Made by a program: the position numbers and the translations under genes | NCBI GenBank assembly: GCA_047601445.1 | Contig: JASGJH010000001.1 | Coordinates: forward strand, 7,552,001-7,616,000 | DNA from: Myxococcales bacterium | GTDB lineage: Bacteria; Myxococcota_A; Polyangia; Polyangiales; DASUME01 | Reading direction: 5' to 3' | DNA length: 64,000 nt | Part shown: piece by piece, positions 1 to 10,065 of the stretch | Layout: each line of letters begins with the position of its first letter | Position numbering within the stretch: position 1 is the first letter of the stretch | Notes under the pieces: generated by a model | Seen by the model: only the letters and a program-made list of their open reading frames with translations | What the model was told of the DNA's origin: nothing | The model's database searches: none

Positions 1-712
1 CCGCAGGAGCAGGAGCTGCGCTCGCGGCGAGCTTGGCTTCCTTCTCGGCCTTGGCAGCGGCGAGCTTGGCTTCCTTCTCGGCCTTGGCAGCGGCGAGCTT
101 CGCCTCCTGCTCGGCCTTGGCGGCAGCAGCCTTGGCTTCCTTCTCGGCCTTTGCGGCGGCGAGCTTCGCCTCCCTGTCGGCCTTGGCAGCGGCGACCTTG
201 TCGTCGCGCTCCTTCTTCTTCTGTGCGGCGTCAGCCTTCTTGCGCTCGCTCTCGAGCTTGGCCTGAGCGGTCTTCAGCGCGGCCTTGGCCTTGAAGGCCG
301 CCTTCTGCGCATCGGCCTGCGCCTTCTTCGCGTCGGCGAGCTGTGTCTCCGCAGTGGTCAGGTTCTGCTTGGTTGCGGTCGCCTGTGCGTCCGCGTCGGT
401 AGCCGCCTTCTCGGCCGTGGTCAGCTCCGCTTGCGCGGTGGCGACGGCGTCGCCGCTCGCAGCTGGCTGTGCGGCGGTCGCGGGTGCGGGCTGGCCGGCC
501 GGAGCTGGCGCAGCAGGCGTTGCGGTGGCTTGTGCACCGGGCGCGGCAGTCGGCGCAGCCGGGGTCACAGCCGCTTGAGGCTCACCACCCGCGGCCGCAG
601 TCGCCGCCGGCGTGCCTTGGCTCGCAGCGGGCGTCGAAGCATTGACTGCGCAGCCGCCGAGAGCGAGCAAGAGAACACACGAGACCAGCGTTGCCTTGGA
701 CTTGCAGAACAT
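1..712 (-). CDS. Ala/Lys/Pro-rich lipoprotein with TolA-like 11-aa repeats (runs off the window start)
   Basis: Not in the ORF track. ATG at 712 preceded by GGAGG; reads MFCKSKATLVSCVLLLALGGC (lipobox LGGC), an Ala/Pro/Thr linker, then LAAAKAEKEAK-type repeats; open to position 1. Confidence 0.8.
   Translation of the reverse strand, partial: MFCKSKATLVSCVLLLALGGCAVNASTPAASQGTPAATAAAGGEPQAAVTPAAPTAAPGAQATATPAAPAPAGQPAPATAAQPAASGDAVATAQAELTTAEKAATDADAQATATKQNLTTAETQLADAKKAQADAQKAAFKAKAALKTAQAKLESERKKADAAQKKKERDDKVAAAKADREAKLAAAKAEKEAKAAAAKAEQEAKLAAAKAEKEAKLAAAKAEKEAKLAASAAPAPA
26..196. repeat. 33-bp coding tandem repeat, about 5 imperfect copies
   Basis: Unit cttggcttccttctcggccttggcagcggcgag recurs with small variations. 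Confidence 0.85.
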
Positions 713-1245
713 GAAAGAACCCTCCCTGGCCCTGCGAGCGCGCGCGTAACGCAATGTCGAGCATTCACGCGTTCCCCAAGGCGAGGGCGCGACCCTAACC
801 CAAAAACCGTCTCTGCGGTCAGTAACAAGAGCGAAGCTCGAGCCATGACAGCCCTGGTCGAACTTGGTGGCCGCTTTGAAATCGGGCGCGGAAAATCAGG
901 CCACAAGTCAGCGTTGCTAACGGCGCGCGCTTTTCACGCGATCGTCGCGCTGGCAGGGGCTCGTGACGCCTCTCCGTCTTTCGTCTAAGACCTCTGTAAG
1001 ATGTTGTAATTGTGCGCCAAAATCGACAGGCGTTGAGCCTGGTTCTCCGCGCAGTTTCCCGCTCCCGTGGGTCCCCCATTTGGAGTGGGGAAAGCGATCG
1101 AGACGGGCCAGGCTCGGGAAGGTCACGATCACGGCTCGGAAAGTCAACGCGTTGAGGTGCGAGAAGGAGCGCGATGGTCTCCCGGACGACCGTTGGTCGT
1201 AGGTCGACCGCACGATCGCCGTCCGTGACAAGCTGGTGGCGAGCC

Positions 1246-2136
1246 ATGACCGTCGAGCTCCCGTCCATCGCGTCATTGAGAGCGTTCGCAGTCACGGCGA
1301 GGAGTCTCAGCTTCAAGCAAGCCTCCGCCGAGCTGCACCTGTCACCATCTGCCCTGAGCCGCCAAGTCGCTGCACTCGAAGAGCACCTTGGTGTCGTGCT
1401 GTTTCAACGCCTCCATGCCGGCCTCGCCATCACGGTCGAGGGGGCGCTGTACTTGGAGGCGGTCACGTCCTGCTTGAACGAACTGGAACGGGCCCAAGAG
1501 CGTATCGGACGGGCCCTCCTGGGGCCGGTACGCGTGAGCGCCCTGGAGTCGTTTTGCGAGAGCTGGCTCGTACCGCAGCTTCCGGACTTCGAACGCTTGC
1601 ACCCAACGATCGAGCTCCAACTGGACACCACCGTGCGGCACGCGGACTTCGAGCGCGACAGTGTGGATGTCGCCATCCGCTTTGGAAGGGGGCCTTGGGA
1701 CGGTTTGCACTCCGAACCGATCATGGATTTGACCGTCTTCTGCGTGTGCAGTCCGGCGTTGCGCGATGCCAACCCTCCACTGCGGCATCCCGCCGATCTC
1801 GCGCAGCATACGCTCATCCACGTGACCCAGGTACCGGACGCGTGGCCGGACTATCTGCGGGCTGCCGGTGTGGCGGGGCTTACGCCGCGCCGCAACCTGA
1901 CCTTCGACCACGCTGGGCTCGCGCTCAGCGCAGCCGAGAGCGGACAGGGCGTCGCGCTCACGACCGGTATCCTCTGTGAGAAGCGCCTCGCAGAGCAGAA
2001 GCTTTGCAAACCGTTCGCGCTGACCGTGCCGACGCCGCTGACCTACCACTTCGTTTGTAGACCGGCGGGGCTCTCGGACCCCCGCATCACCGCGCTGCGG
2101 GACTGGCTGGTCGATAGCTGCGCCAGCTACGGCTGA
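1246..2136 (+). CDS. LysR family regulator, GcvA-like
   Basis: LPSIASLRAF...SFKQASAELHLSPSALSRQVAALEEHLG HTH; WLVPQL, VDVAIRFGRGPW substrate-binding domain. Confidence 0.95.
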   Translation: MTVELPSIASLRAFAVTARSLSFKQASAELHLSPSALSRQVAALEEHLGVVLFQRLHAGLAITVEGALYLEAVTSCLNELERAQERIGRALLGPVRVSALESFCESWLVPQLPDFERLHPTIELQLDTTVRHADFERDSVDVAIRFGRGPWDGLHSEPIMDLTVFCVCSPALRDANPPLRHPADLAQHTLIHVTQVPDAWPDYLRAAGVAGLTPRRNLTFDHAGLALSAAESGQGVALTTGILCEKRLAEQKLCKPFALTVPTPLTYHFVCRPAGLSDPRITALRDWLVDSCASYG

Positions 2137-2141
2137 CCCGG

Positions 2142-2162
2142 CGCGTGCAGGAAATGCACGCG
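2142..2162. promoter_or_regulatory. Putative LysR operator (T-N11-A palindrome)
   Basis: CGCGTGCA-GGAAA-TGCACGCG perfect inverted repeat directly after the LysR stop and upstream of the next gene. Confidence 0.6.
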
Positions 2163-2270
2163 GGCGTGCAGAATCCTCGCGTGCTTCGGGGGGGCGCCGT
2201 CCACTACGTTGACCTCATGCGGGGTCAACGTGTTCCGAGCTCAGATTCGTCCCTTGCAGCGGGAGCCGCG

Positions 2271-2798
2271 ATGGCGGCGCCCGACGGGCCGAGGCCTCAG
2301 CTCCACTTCGAGGCTGGCAGGCGCTCGCGCGGGGTTTCGATCGATTGGCAGCGGACGCTAGAGCTATGGGCTTTCGGTGCGCTGAAGGTTCCGTTGATTT
2401 TCTTCGTACGTCCGGAGGTCCTGCGCCTCGATCACGACGAGGTCTTGCTTCGCGTGCGTCTACGCCGGGGCACGGCCAATCACTACGGCACGATGTTCTT
2501 CGGTGCGCTGGCCATTGGCGCGGACGTCGTGCCTGGTGTGCTCGCCGTCGCCACCGGGCGGGCGCAGAAGTGTCGGGTATCCATCCTGATCAAGAGCGCC
2601 AACTTCACGCTGCGACGCGGGGTCTCATCACACGTCTTGCTGAAGTGCACCCAGGGACCGCTGATGGCCGAGCTGGTAGCGCGGTCACTCGAAAGCGGTC
2701 GACCAACCACTGGAGAGCTGGAGATCGACGCCATCCTCGAGACCACGTCCGAAGCGGTGGCGAGCTTCCGGATGGGCGTGTCCGTCAAGGCGGTTTAG
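2271..2798 (+). CDS. Hot-dog fold thioesterase-like protein (DUF4442/YiiD C-terminal-like); start uncertain
   Basis: FGALKVPLIFFVRP...TANHYGTMFFGALAIGAD motif. Confidence 0.75.
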   Translation: MAAPDGPRPQLHFEAGRRSRGVSIDWQRTLELWAFGALKVPLIFFVRPEVLRLDHDEVLLRVRLRRGTANHYGTMFFGALAIGADVVPGVLAVATGRAQKCRVSILIKSANFTLRRGVSSHVLLKCTQGPLMAELVARSLESGRPTTGELEIDAILETTSEAVASFRMGVSVKAV

Positions 2799-2846
2799 GC
2801 CGGCGAGCTTGCGCTCTAGCCGGCCGATGGGCGCGCTGTCTCCGTG

Positions 2847-3446
2847 CTACTCGGAGAGCGTCTCGCAGAGGTTCTCGATGTGGCCCGAAAGCTCGAAGTC
2901 GACAGCGAAGACCCCTCCATTGAAGACGTATTCCACGTCCACATGGCCATTCGCCACGGTGAGCCCGGGGAAAGTCGAAGTGCCGAAGTAGCGCTCCGCC
3001 GCTTCGGCGAGGTTGCGCTGGCTCACCGGTCCGAAGAAGAAGTAGTTCGTTCCCTCGCCTTCGTAGTGAAGAGGAAGGTCATTGCTGTCGAGGGTCTCGG
3101 TGTACGGGCCACCGACGTTACGCGTGACGGTCTTGCCCGACGTGTCGTTCTTGAACTCCACGACGAGGGTGCCAGTACCGCGTCGGACCTTCGTTCCGTC
3201 CTCGAGGATCGTCTCTTTGACGATGTACTCGTTGCTCTTCACAGCCCGGATCGACACCGGAAAGGCGCAACGTCCCCCAATGCCCTCGCCCTCCCTCGGT
3301 ATGACCGCCTCCTGCTTTCGCAACCCCTCCACCTGGCCCGTCGGCTCAGCCGACGGTTCGTCGGCGCAACCTGCGACAGGCGCGCCCAGCATCAGCGCCG
3401 CCACGGCAGCCATCCGCCGAGCGAGATCCCCCCTCGTTCCGTTCAT
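2847..3446 (-). CDS. Hypothetical lipoprotein
   Basis: Hydrophobic leader ending VAGC; GGAG RBS; GC3-rich frame. Confidence 0.75.
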   Translation of the reverse strand: MNGTRGDLARRMAAVAALMLGAPVAGCADEPSAEPTGQVEGLRKQEAVIPREGEGIGGRCAFPVSIRAVKSNEYIVKETILEDGTKVRRGTGTLVVEFKNDTSGKTVTRNVGGPYTETLDSNDLPLHYEGEGTNYFFFGPVSQRNLAEAAERYFGTSTFPGLTVANGHVDVEYVFNGGVFAVDFELSGHIENLCETLSE

Positions 3447-3707
3447 ACGAACTCCCTTCCCTCTGTCTTACTGTGTATGAACCTGACACGGAGATCGTGG
3501 GCGCGACAGGAAGGATGGGCCGTGCGCGGATCGTTGCTGTGGTGGCGCTTGAAAAGCGCCTTTTCGGCGTCTCGCTGGCCGACCGATGCGCAAATCAACG
3601 TGTCGCGTTCGCCGTGGTTCGCACCAGAGACTGCCTGCGATCTTGCTGGTGACACTCATGGTTTGTTCATGAGTGGTCTGCAGAATGTTCAGCGTTTGTC
3701 TGCGTGC

Positions 3708-4829
3708 TCAGACGTAGCGGGTGAGCCAGTTGTCGTGGCGCCGCTTGTAGCCCTGGTACCAGCGGCACAAGGGGTACATCGCCAGCACCAGCAGCGCGGC
3801 GCCGAGCAAGGCGCCCGGGATCCCTAGCTTGCCCATGGTGGCGGTCACCATGGCGGCGAGGATGAGTACGTAGAAGTGGAGCATGTAGAAGAAGAGCGCG
3901 GTCTGCCCAAACACTGTAAGAGCCCTGAACTCGTACCTCTGGCGCTGCGCCCAGGCGAAGGCTGCGAGGAACAGGCCCAGGATGGCGAACTCCAGCCCCA
4001 AGAACGCGAGGCTCGGAGGGTTCTTCGACACGTTGAGCCACTGCTGCAGACTGTCGTCGAGCCGCGGTGCGCCGGCGTTGCCGAATCCGTTGGCGGCTCG
4101 CAGCGCGACGAACAGCGCAAACAAGGGGACCAAGGTCCGTAGCGCAGCATGGGTGAGACGGATCAGCGCAGTCGCCTCGTCGTGGCTCGGATCCAGGACG
4201 AACTCGCCCCAGAGAAAGCCGACTACCATGACGCCGATCCAAGGCGCGATGGGATACTGAATGAACCAGCTAGGCGAGGCCGGTCCCCCTTCGTAAAGGA
4301 TGCGTGCCGCCCAGGCGGGCAGGACTCCGGAACCGAACAGCTCGGGCGTGAGGATGAGACCGAGCGCGAGCACAGCCAGCGCTGGCCGACGCAGGTGTCG
4401 AAGGAGACCGAGTACCATCATCGCGCTGCCGATCGCCGTGAGCACGTCCAAGCGGAAGTTCTCGTAGCCGCCGAGGAGATTCAGCCACACGATGTCGATG
4501 AGCAGGATCACCAGGCCGCGCGAAGTGATGAAGCGACCGATCTCGCCCCGCGTTGCGCCCCTGGCAGCCTTCTGCCTGGCAAGCATCGAGATGGAGCAAC
4601 CGGCGAGGAACACGAAGGCGACCGGGCAGACGTGAGTGATCCAGCGCAGGAAAAACTGGTCCGGAGGAAAAGACGTGGCCCCTGCTGTGAGGTTGCGACT
4701 CCCCGGCGTCACCCGGCCGCGATTCAAGACCCCCGACGCGTGATCGACGGCCATCAGGATCATCACCAGGCCGCGCGTCCAGTCGATCGGCAGTAGACGC
4801 TGGCTACGTGGCGTTGTGGGCTCGCGCAT
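3708..4829 (-). CDS. DUF1624 / heparan-alpha-glucosaminide N-acetyltransferase-like membrane protein
   Basis: IDWTRGLVMILMAVDH, RWITHVCP.AFVFLAG, KNPPSL, FGQTALFFYMLH. Confidence 0.88.
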   Translation of the reverse strand: MREPTTPRSQRLLPIDWTRGLVMILMAVDHASGVLNRGRVTPGSRNLTAGATSFPPDQFFLRWITHVCPVAFVFLAGCSISMLARQKAARGATRGEIGRFITSRGLVILLIDIVWLNLLGGYENFRLDVLTAIGSAMMVLGLLRHLRRPALAVLALGLILTPELFGSGVLPAWAARILYEGGPASPSWFIQYPIAPWIGVMVVGFLWGEFVLDPSHDEATALIRLTHAALRTLVPLFALFVALRAANGFGNAGAPRLDDSLQQWLNVSKNPPSLAFLGLEFAILGLFLAAFAWAQRQRYEFRALTVFGQTALFFYMLHFYVLILAAMVTATMGKLGIPGALLGAALLVLAMYPLCRWYQGYKRRHDNWLTRYV

Positions 4830-4878
4830 GTCCGGAGGCTAGCGCGAGTAGCCCTCTGAGGTGTAGTCTCCGGCCGGC

Positions 4879-5760
4879 GTGGATTGGGATGACGTACGCC
4901 ATTTTCTCGCCCTTGCTCGCACCGGCTCGGTGCGTGCTGCCGGTTCGCAGCTCGGAGTGAGCCACTCGACCGTGGCGCGGCGGGTCGAGGCCCTCGAGAC
5001 GCGGCTCGGCGTGAAGCTGTTCGACCGGCACCGCGACGGGTACATGCTGACGCAGGCCGGGCACGAGATGGTCGCCGGCGCAGAGCGCGTGGAGCGGGAG
5101 ATCATCGCCCTGGAGCGTGGCCTCGCCGGGCAAGACGCTCGGCTCGAGGGGCCCGTGCGGGTGACCTGCACCGACCCGTTCATGGCGAAGATCCTGCTCC
5201 GCGCACTGGCCGGACTCTGCGAGTCCCATCCTGGCATCGAACTCGAGCTGGGCGCCAACCCCAAGAACCTGGATCTATCTAAACGCGAGGCCGATGTCGC
5301 GGTGCGCGCGCTCTTGCCGAACGCGGTCCCGCCGGAACACTTGATCGGACGGCGGCTCGTCCCCATCACCCTGTGCAGCTACATCGCAAGCACGCACGCG
5401 ACCCGCTTCGACCCCGAGCACAGCGCGGGGCGCCTACGTTGGCTCGGATCCAACACGAGCAAGCTCGACGAGGAGAAGGTTGCTTCCTCGAGCTACCCGG
5501 AGGTTCCGCTGTGGGGCTCCTTCGAGTCGATGGCGGTCATGATCGAGGCTGCGCACGCGGGCCTCGGCATGGTGATGTTGCCGACCTATGTAGGCGATGC
5601 GGACCCGGGCCTGGCGCGCCTGCCCAAGCCTGACCTGCGACACGTCGCAGATTTCTGGCTCCTCAGTCATGGCGACCTTCGGGACAACAAGCGTCTGCGT
5701 GCCACGCGCGACTGCATCAGCGCGACGTTGACCGAGCAGGCCGCCCTGTTTCGCGGCTAG
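4879..5760 (+). CDS. LysR family regulator
   Basis: DWDDVRHFLALARTGSVRAAG.QLGVSHSTVARRV; LSKREADVAVR. Confidence 0.95.
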   Translation: MDWDDVRHFLALARTGSVRAAGSQLGVSHSTVARRVEALETRLGVKLFDRHRDGYMLTQAGHEMVAGAERVEREIIALERGLAGQDARLEGPVRVTCTDPFMAKILLRALAGLCESHPGIELELGANPKNLDLSKREADVAVRALLPNAVPPEHLIGRRLVPITLCSYIASTHATRFDPEHSAGRLRWLGSNTSKLDEEKVASSSYPEVPLWGSFESMAVMIEAAHAGLGMVMLPTYVGDADPGLARLPKPDLRHVADFWLLSHGDLRDNKRLRATRDCISATLTEQAALFRG

Positions 5761-5874
5761 GCCGATAGGTCGAAGCGGGCGCACCTCGGGGGCGAGAGCT
5801 GGAGCAAAACTGCGCTCCTGCGTCACGAAAGTAGACCGAGCATGGCTGCACCGCTTACGTAGAATCGTCCCTTC

Positions 5875-6507
5875 ATGAGGAACACCGAAGCCAAGTTTTG
5901 GGACGACATTGCCGAGAAGTACGCCAAGAAGCCGGTGGCCAACGTCCAGGCCTTCGAGCGCAAGAAGGCCATCACCCGCGAGCAGCTGCGACCCGATTCC
6001 AAGGTCCTCGAGATCGGCTGCGGCACGGGCTCGCTCGCCCTGGACCTGTCGCGCTTCGCCGGCCACATCCATGCCATGGACCTCTCGGCCGAGATGATCC
6101 GCATCGGCGAGCAGAAAAAGAGAACCCAAGGCGTAACCAACGTCACCTTCCACGAGGGCACCCTCGACGGCCAGCTCCCCTTCCCAGGCGAGCGCTTCGA
6201 TAGTGTGTGGGCCTACTCCGTCTTCCATCTAGTTCGCGACCGCAAGCGTACGCTCGAGACCCTGTTCGACATTCTCGAGCCCGGCGGCTCTCTCATCTCA
6301 TCGAACATCTGCCTCGGCGACTCATGGGTGCCCTACGGCCCCGTCATCACGGTGATGCGCTGGTTCGGCAAGGCGCCTGTCGTCCATACCTACGACCGCG
6401 CCACGATTCACCGCGAGATGCGTGAGGCCGGTTTCGTCGACATCGAGGAGAAAGAGGTGGGCGCCGGGAAGACGGTCGCGTTCATCGTGGCGAAGAAGCC
6501 AAGCTAG
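5875..6507 (+). CDS. Class I SAM-dependent methyltransferase
   Basis: FWDDIAEKY; VLEIGCGTG motif I; DLSAEMI; LEPGG. Confidence 0.93.
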   Translation: MRNTEAKFWDDIAEKYAKKPVANVQAFERKKAITREQLRPDSKVLEIGCGTGSLALDLSRFAGHIHAMDLSAEMIRIGEQKKRTQGVTNVTFHEGTLDGQLPFPGERFDSVWAYSVFHLVRDRKRTLETLFDILEPGGSLISSNICLGDSWVPYGPVITVMRWFGKAPVVHTYDRATIHREMREAGFVDIEEKEVGAGKTVAFIVAKKPS

Positions 6508-6561
6508 GACTTCATACGCATTTTCGTTGAACACCCGGGCCGCCTGCGGGCACCCAGGTGC

Positions 6562-7743
6562 ATGAAGATCGGGTACCAAGGCAACTGGATCGGGTTGGAG
6601 CGCGTAATTCGTCGTGGGGCGCTGGCCTTCGTGCTGGCCGGTAGCGCCATCGGTTGCAACGACGACGAGCACCAGGATGACCCGCGGGAAGTCTCGAACG
6701 AAGACACTGCGCTGCTCGGATCGGAGCTGCGCACGCTGGCGGAGCAGGATCTCCAGGAAATGCAGGCCCTCGGTATGGGGATCACGGTGCAGTTGGCAGA
6801 CGGTCGTCTCGTCGAGGTCGCCGCCGGACGCATCGGCCCGAACGCCACGGACCCGCTGTACGACGTGGGAGCGACCCGGCAAATCCTGGGCAGCGTCACC
6901 AAGCTCTACACGGCCACCATGATCATGCAGCTCGTGGAGGAGGGTAGCCTCAGCCTGGACGACACCCTCGAGCCGTGGTTCTCGATTCCGAAGGCCGACG
7001 CGATCACGGTGCGCATGCTGCTGAGCCACACCAGCGGTCTGCGCGAGTGCCTCGAGGCGCTCACGCAGGAGGAAACTGCACAGCCATGGACGCCCATGCA
7101 GCTGCTGGACAAGGCGGTCGCGCTAGGCCCCTGGGCCGAGCCAGGCGGGAACGTCGCGCGCTACGCCAACACCAACTTCCTCGTGCTGGCCATGCTGCTC
7201 GAGAAGCTGACGGGAACCTCCTGGGAGCAGAACGTTCACACGCGCATCACCACGCCGCTCGGGCTCGTGCACACGGGCTCAGCTACCGAGCCGGGCGGTC
7301 GCGGCGATCTCGTCGAAGGCTGGTTGCACACGGAAGAGACGGGCTGGACCGCTGCCCTGGCCCTGACTGACCCGTCCGTCGGCTGGGGATACGGAGCGAT
7401 GGCCGCCACCAATCGAGAGCTCGCGCGATTCACCAAGGCCCTGTTTGCAGGAGAGCTGTTCGAGTCGCCGAGCACCCTGGCGCAGATGCGGCAGTTCGAC
7501 GCCGAGATCGACCCAACGTTGCTGTCGGACGGAGAACCGCCGTATCGCGTGGGCCTGGGCATGGTGCGCTACGAGATCGACGACTTGCAGCTCGAAGGTC
7601 ACGTCGGACACGTCGTTGGGTTCAACAGCGCGACCTTCCACGACCCTGCAACGGGTTCGCTGATCAGCGTGACCTCCAACGACGAAGACGAAGTGGCGGG
7701 GCTAACCGCCGTGAAGGTGGCGCAGCACCTCCGAAGCCGGTAG
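6562..7743 (+). CDS. Serine hydrolase, beta-lactamase class C / D-Ala-D-Ala peptidase family, probable lipoprotein
   Basis: GSVTK (SxxK), LLSHTSG, YANTN (YxN), GHVG; AIGC lipobox. Confidence 0.9.
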   Translation: MKIGYQGNWIGLERVIRRGALAFVLAGSAIGCNDDEHQDDPREVSNEDTALLGSELRTLAEQDLQEMQALGMGITVQLADGRLVEVAAGRIGPNATDPLYDVGATRQILGSVTKLYTATMIMQLVEEGSLSLDDTLEPWFSIPKADAITVRMLLSHTSGLRECLEALTQEETAQPWTPMQLLDKAVALGPWAEPGGNVARYANTNFLVLAMLLEKLTGTSWEQNVHTRITTPLGLVHTGSATEPGGRGDLVEGWLHTEETGWTAALALTDPSVGWGYGAMAATNRELARFTKALFAGELFESPSTLAQMRQFDAEIDPTLLSDGEPPYRVGLGMVRYEIDDLQLEGHVGHVVGFNSATFHDPATGSLISVTSNDEDEVAGLTAVKVAQHLRSR

Positions 7744-7896
7744 TTTGCTCGCGCCACGCTCACCGCGAAGCTGGTGGGGACGGTCTCGGCGCAGCCTATT
7801 GCGGAAAGAGTAAGGTCGCGGGCGCGGAACGGCTCTGAGGTTGGTTCACCCCGAGCGTGCGTGCATTTTTCGCGTCCACTCTGCGTTCATGGCTGG

Positions 7897-8448
7897 ATGA
7901 CCAAGCGCTTTCCGTGGCACGTGGGGCCCTTGCTGTTCGCGGTTTGGCTCCTTTCCGGAGCCTCGTCGGCGCGCGCTGACATTTGGGATGCAGGAAAGGG
8001 TACGTATCTCCCGTTCGGCCTGACAGCTTCCTACCTGCGCCTTCATGAAGGCGACGACAAGGTTCGCACCGGCAAGCTGGGGCTCGAGCTGAGCTGGGTG
8101 GAATACGACAGCGCCTGGTGGGGCGGCTATGCGGATGTGGCTTATGACTTCGCGGGGGAGCGTGTCTGGATGACCGCTGGTCCAGAGTTTGGACTGTTTT
8201 CTATCGGGCTGGACGCAGGGTTCGTGTACGTGCTGGACAAGGGGCGCGACGACATGGGCTTCAGGGTGCGCTTCGTGGTCAGCGTCTTTGAAAATGACGG
8301 GCAGATGCACCCAGATCGCCACCGTGTGCGTGAGTACTTCAAGAGCAGCACGATCTTGCTGACTTTAGGGGGCGGCGCGTTGTTGCGAAACGAGCCTCAG
8401 CGCTTCTTGGAGTTGGGCGCGCTGTTCAAGCTGAAGAACGAGCGGTGA
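7897..8448 (+). CDS. Hypothetical secreted protein, beta-strand rich (possible outer-membrane barrel)
   Basis: Signal peptide ending ARA; alternating aromatic/Gly strands. Confidence 0.65.
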   Translation: MTKRFPWHVGPLLFAVWLLSGASSARADIWDAGKGTYLPFGLTASYLRLHEGDDKVRTGKLGLELSWVEYDSAWWGGYADVAYDFAGERVWMTAGPEFGLFSIGLDAGFVYVLDKGRDDMGFRVRFVVSVFENDGQMHPDRHRVREYFKSSTILLTLGGGALLRNEPQRFLELGALFKLKNER

Positions 8449-8483
8449 GCGAGGCCGCCTTTGCGGTGAGGCATAGCGGGAGA

Positions 8484-9977
8484 CTACCAGTCGTGGATGC
8501 CGAGCCTCTCCAACTTCAGGTAGAGCTGATGCCGTGACAGCGCCAACATGCGGGCCGCCTGAGCTTTGTTGCCGCATGCTCTCCTCAAGGCCATGCGTAT
8601 GTGGCGCCGTTCGATCTCGGAAAGCGGAGCAACCTCCAGGTCCTCGCTAGCGGTGCGGTTCGGAGCGTGGGAGAGCGTCGGTTCGAACGTGGCGCTGTCG
8701 CACATGCGGATGTGGCGCGGAAGATGGCGTGGTTCCACCAGGATGTCGGGCGCGGCGGCGCAGCAGTGCTCCACCACGTTGCGGAGCTCGCGTACGTTGC
8801 CAGGCCACGAATAGCGCGAGAGCTCGTGCAAGCTCGTCGCCGAGAATTCGGCGGGCACGCGGTGACCCTGGTCGCGCAGCTCAGCCACGAAATGGGCGAG
8901 CAAACAGGGGAGGTCCTCGAGTCGCTCGGAGAGGCGCGGAAGCTCGATCCGGTGGGCGCTCAGACGATAGAACAGGTCGGCTCGCAAGGTGCCGTGTCGG
9001 ACCGCCTCCGAGGGGTCGCGGTTGGTGGCAGCGATCACCCGCGCGTGGACCGGGGCCTCGCGCATGCCCCCGACGGGACGCACTGACTTTTGCTCCAGGG
9101 CGCGCAGCAACTTGGGCTGGGTCGCGAGCGGCATCTCGGTGATCTCGTCCAGAAACAGCGTGCCATTCCCGGCCGAGCGCATGATTCCCGGAACGCTGCC
9201 GCGGCTCCCCGTGAACGCGCCCTTTTCGTGGCCGAAGAGCTCGCTCTCGATGAGGTCGTGGGGGAGGGCGGCGCAGTTGACGGCGGCAAAGGGGGCGCTT
9301 TCATGGCCACCCAGGCGGTGCAGCGCACGGGCTACGAGTTCTTTGCCGGTGCCGCTTTCGCCCGTAATCAACACTGGACCTGGCGCGCAAGCAACGCCAG
9401 CGATCTGCGCGAACACGGCTTGCATGGCCGCGCTGCCGCCCACGAAGTCAGGCAAAAGGCTGTTCGGATCGGCGCTCTTTCCAGCTGGGGGCGGGCGTAG
9501 TCGTAGTCCGCTGTCGAGGTGTCTTTCCGCGTCAGGAAGTGCATAGGTCGCGGCGACCTGATGAGAGAGGGTGCGCCCGAGTTGCTCGACCACGTCTCGC
9601 CATTTCGGGTCTGGCACGGCCTTGTTCACGGCGACCTCGAATGCACGCATCACATCAAGGGTGTCCGCCAGTGCCAGGCCGCTCGCATGCAACTCGCCGA
9701 TGAGAGCCGAGACGTGAAGCTGCACGTCGCTCGCGCGCCCAGCGCTCAACGCCAGGAGCAGCGGCGAGAGCGCCTGCGCGAGGAGGGGGAGTAGGGGGTG
9801 CACTGCGGTTGGCAGCGCGGAGTACGACCCGAGCCAGGTACTGCGAAGCACGTCGAGCTCCCGCAGGAGCACGCGTGCGAGCAGCTGAACCTGCCGTGCG
9901 TCGGTTCCCGCTGCGCGCGCTTGGGTGCTCACGACGGTTCCTCCTTCTTGGTGCCCGTGCTTCTCGCTCGAAAGCAA
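8484..9977 (-). CDS. Sigma54-dependent enhancer-binding protein (Fis HTH) with a non-receiver helical N-terminal domain
   Basis: GESGTGKE Walker A, ELFGHEKGAFTGS, LFLDEI, WPGNVREL, GNKAQAARML HTH. Confidence 0.95.
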   Translation of the reverse strand: MLSSEKHGHQEGGTVVSTQARAAGTDARQVQLLARVLLRELDVLRSTWLGSYSALPTAVHPLLPLLAQALSPLLLALSAGRASDVQLHVSALIGELHASGLALADTLDVMRAFEVAVNKAVPDPKWRDVVEQLGRTLSHQVAATYALPDAERHLDSGLRLRPPPAGKSADPNSLLPDFVGGSAAMQAVFAQIAGVACAPGPVLITGESGTGKELVARALHRLGGHESAPFAAVNCAALPHDLIESELFGHEKGAFTGSRGSVPGIMRSAGNGTLFLDEITEMPLATQPKLLRALEQKSVRPVGGMREAPVHARVIAATNRDPSEAVRHGTLRADLFYRLSAHRIELPRLSERLEDLPCLLAHFVAELRDQGHRVPAEFSATSLHELSRYSWPGNVRELRNVVEHCCAAAPDILVEPRHLPRHIRMCDSATFEPTLSHAPNRTASEDLEVAPLSEIERRHIRMALRRACGNKAQAARMLALSRHQLYLKLERLGIHDW

Positions 9978-10065
9978 GCTAACGGTGAGGACCGCCGAAA
10001 CTCAAGTCATGCTGGATTCATCCGAGCAAATAGTGGGGTGGCAAGCAGGCTTGACGCGCGCGGGC

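Noticed and set aside
26..196. Regularly spaced 33-bp repeats as a CRISPR array
   Set aside because: No unique spacers, in-frame coding repeat, no cas genes
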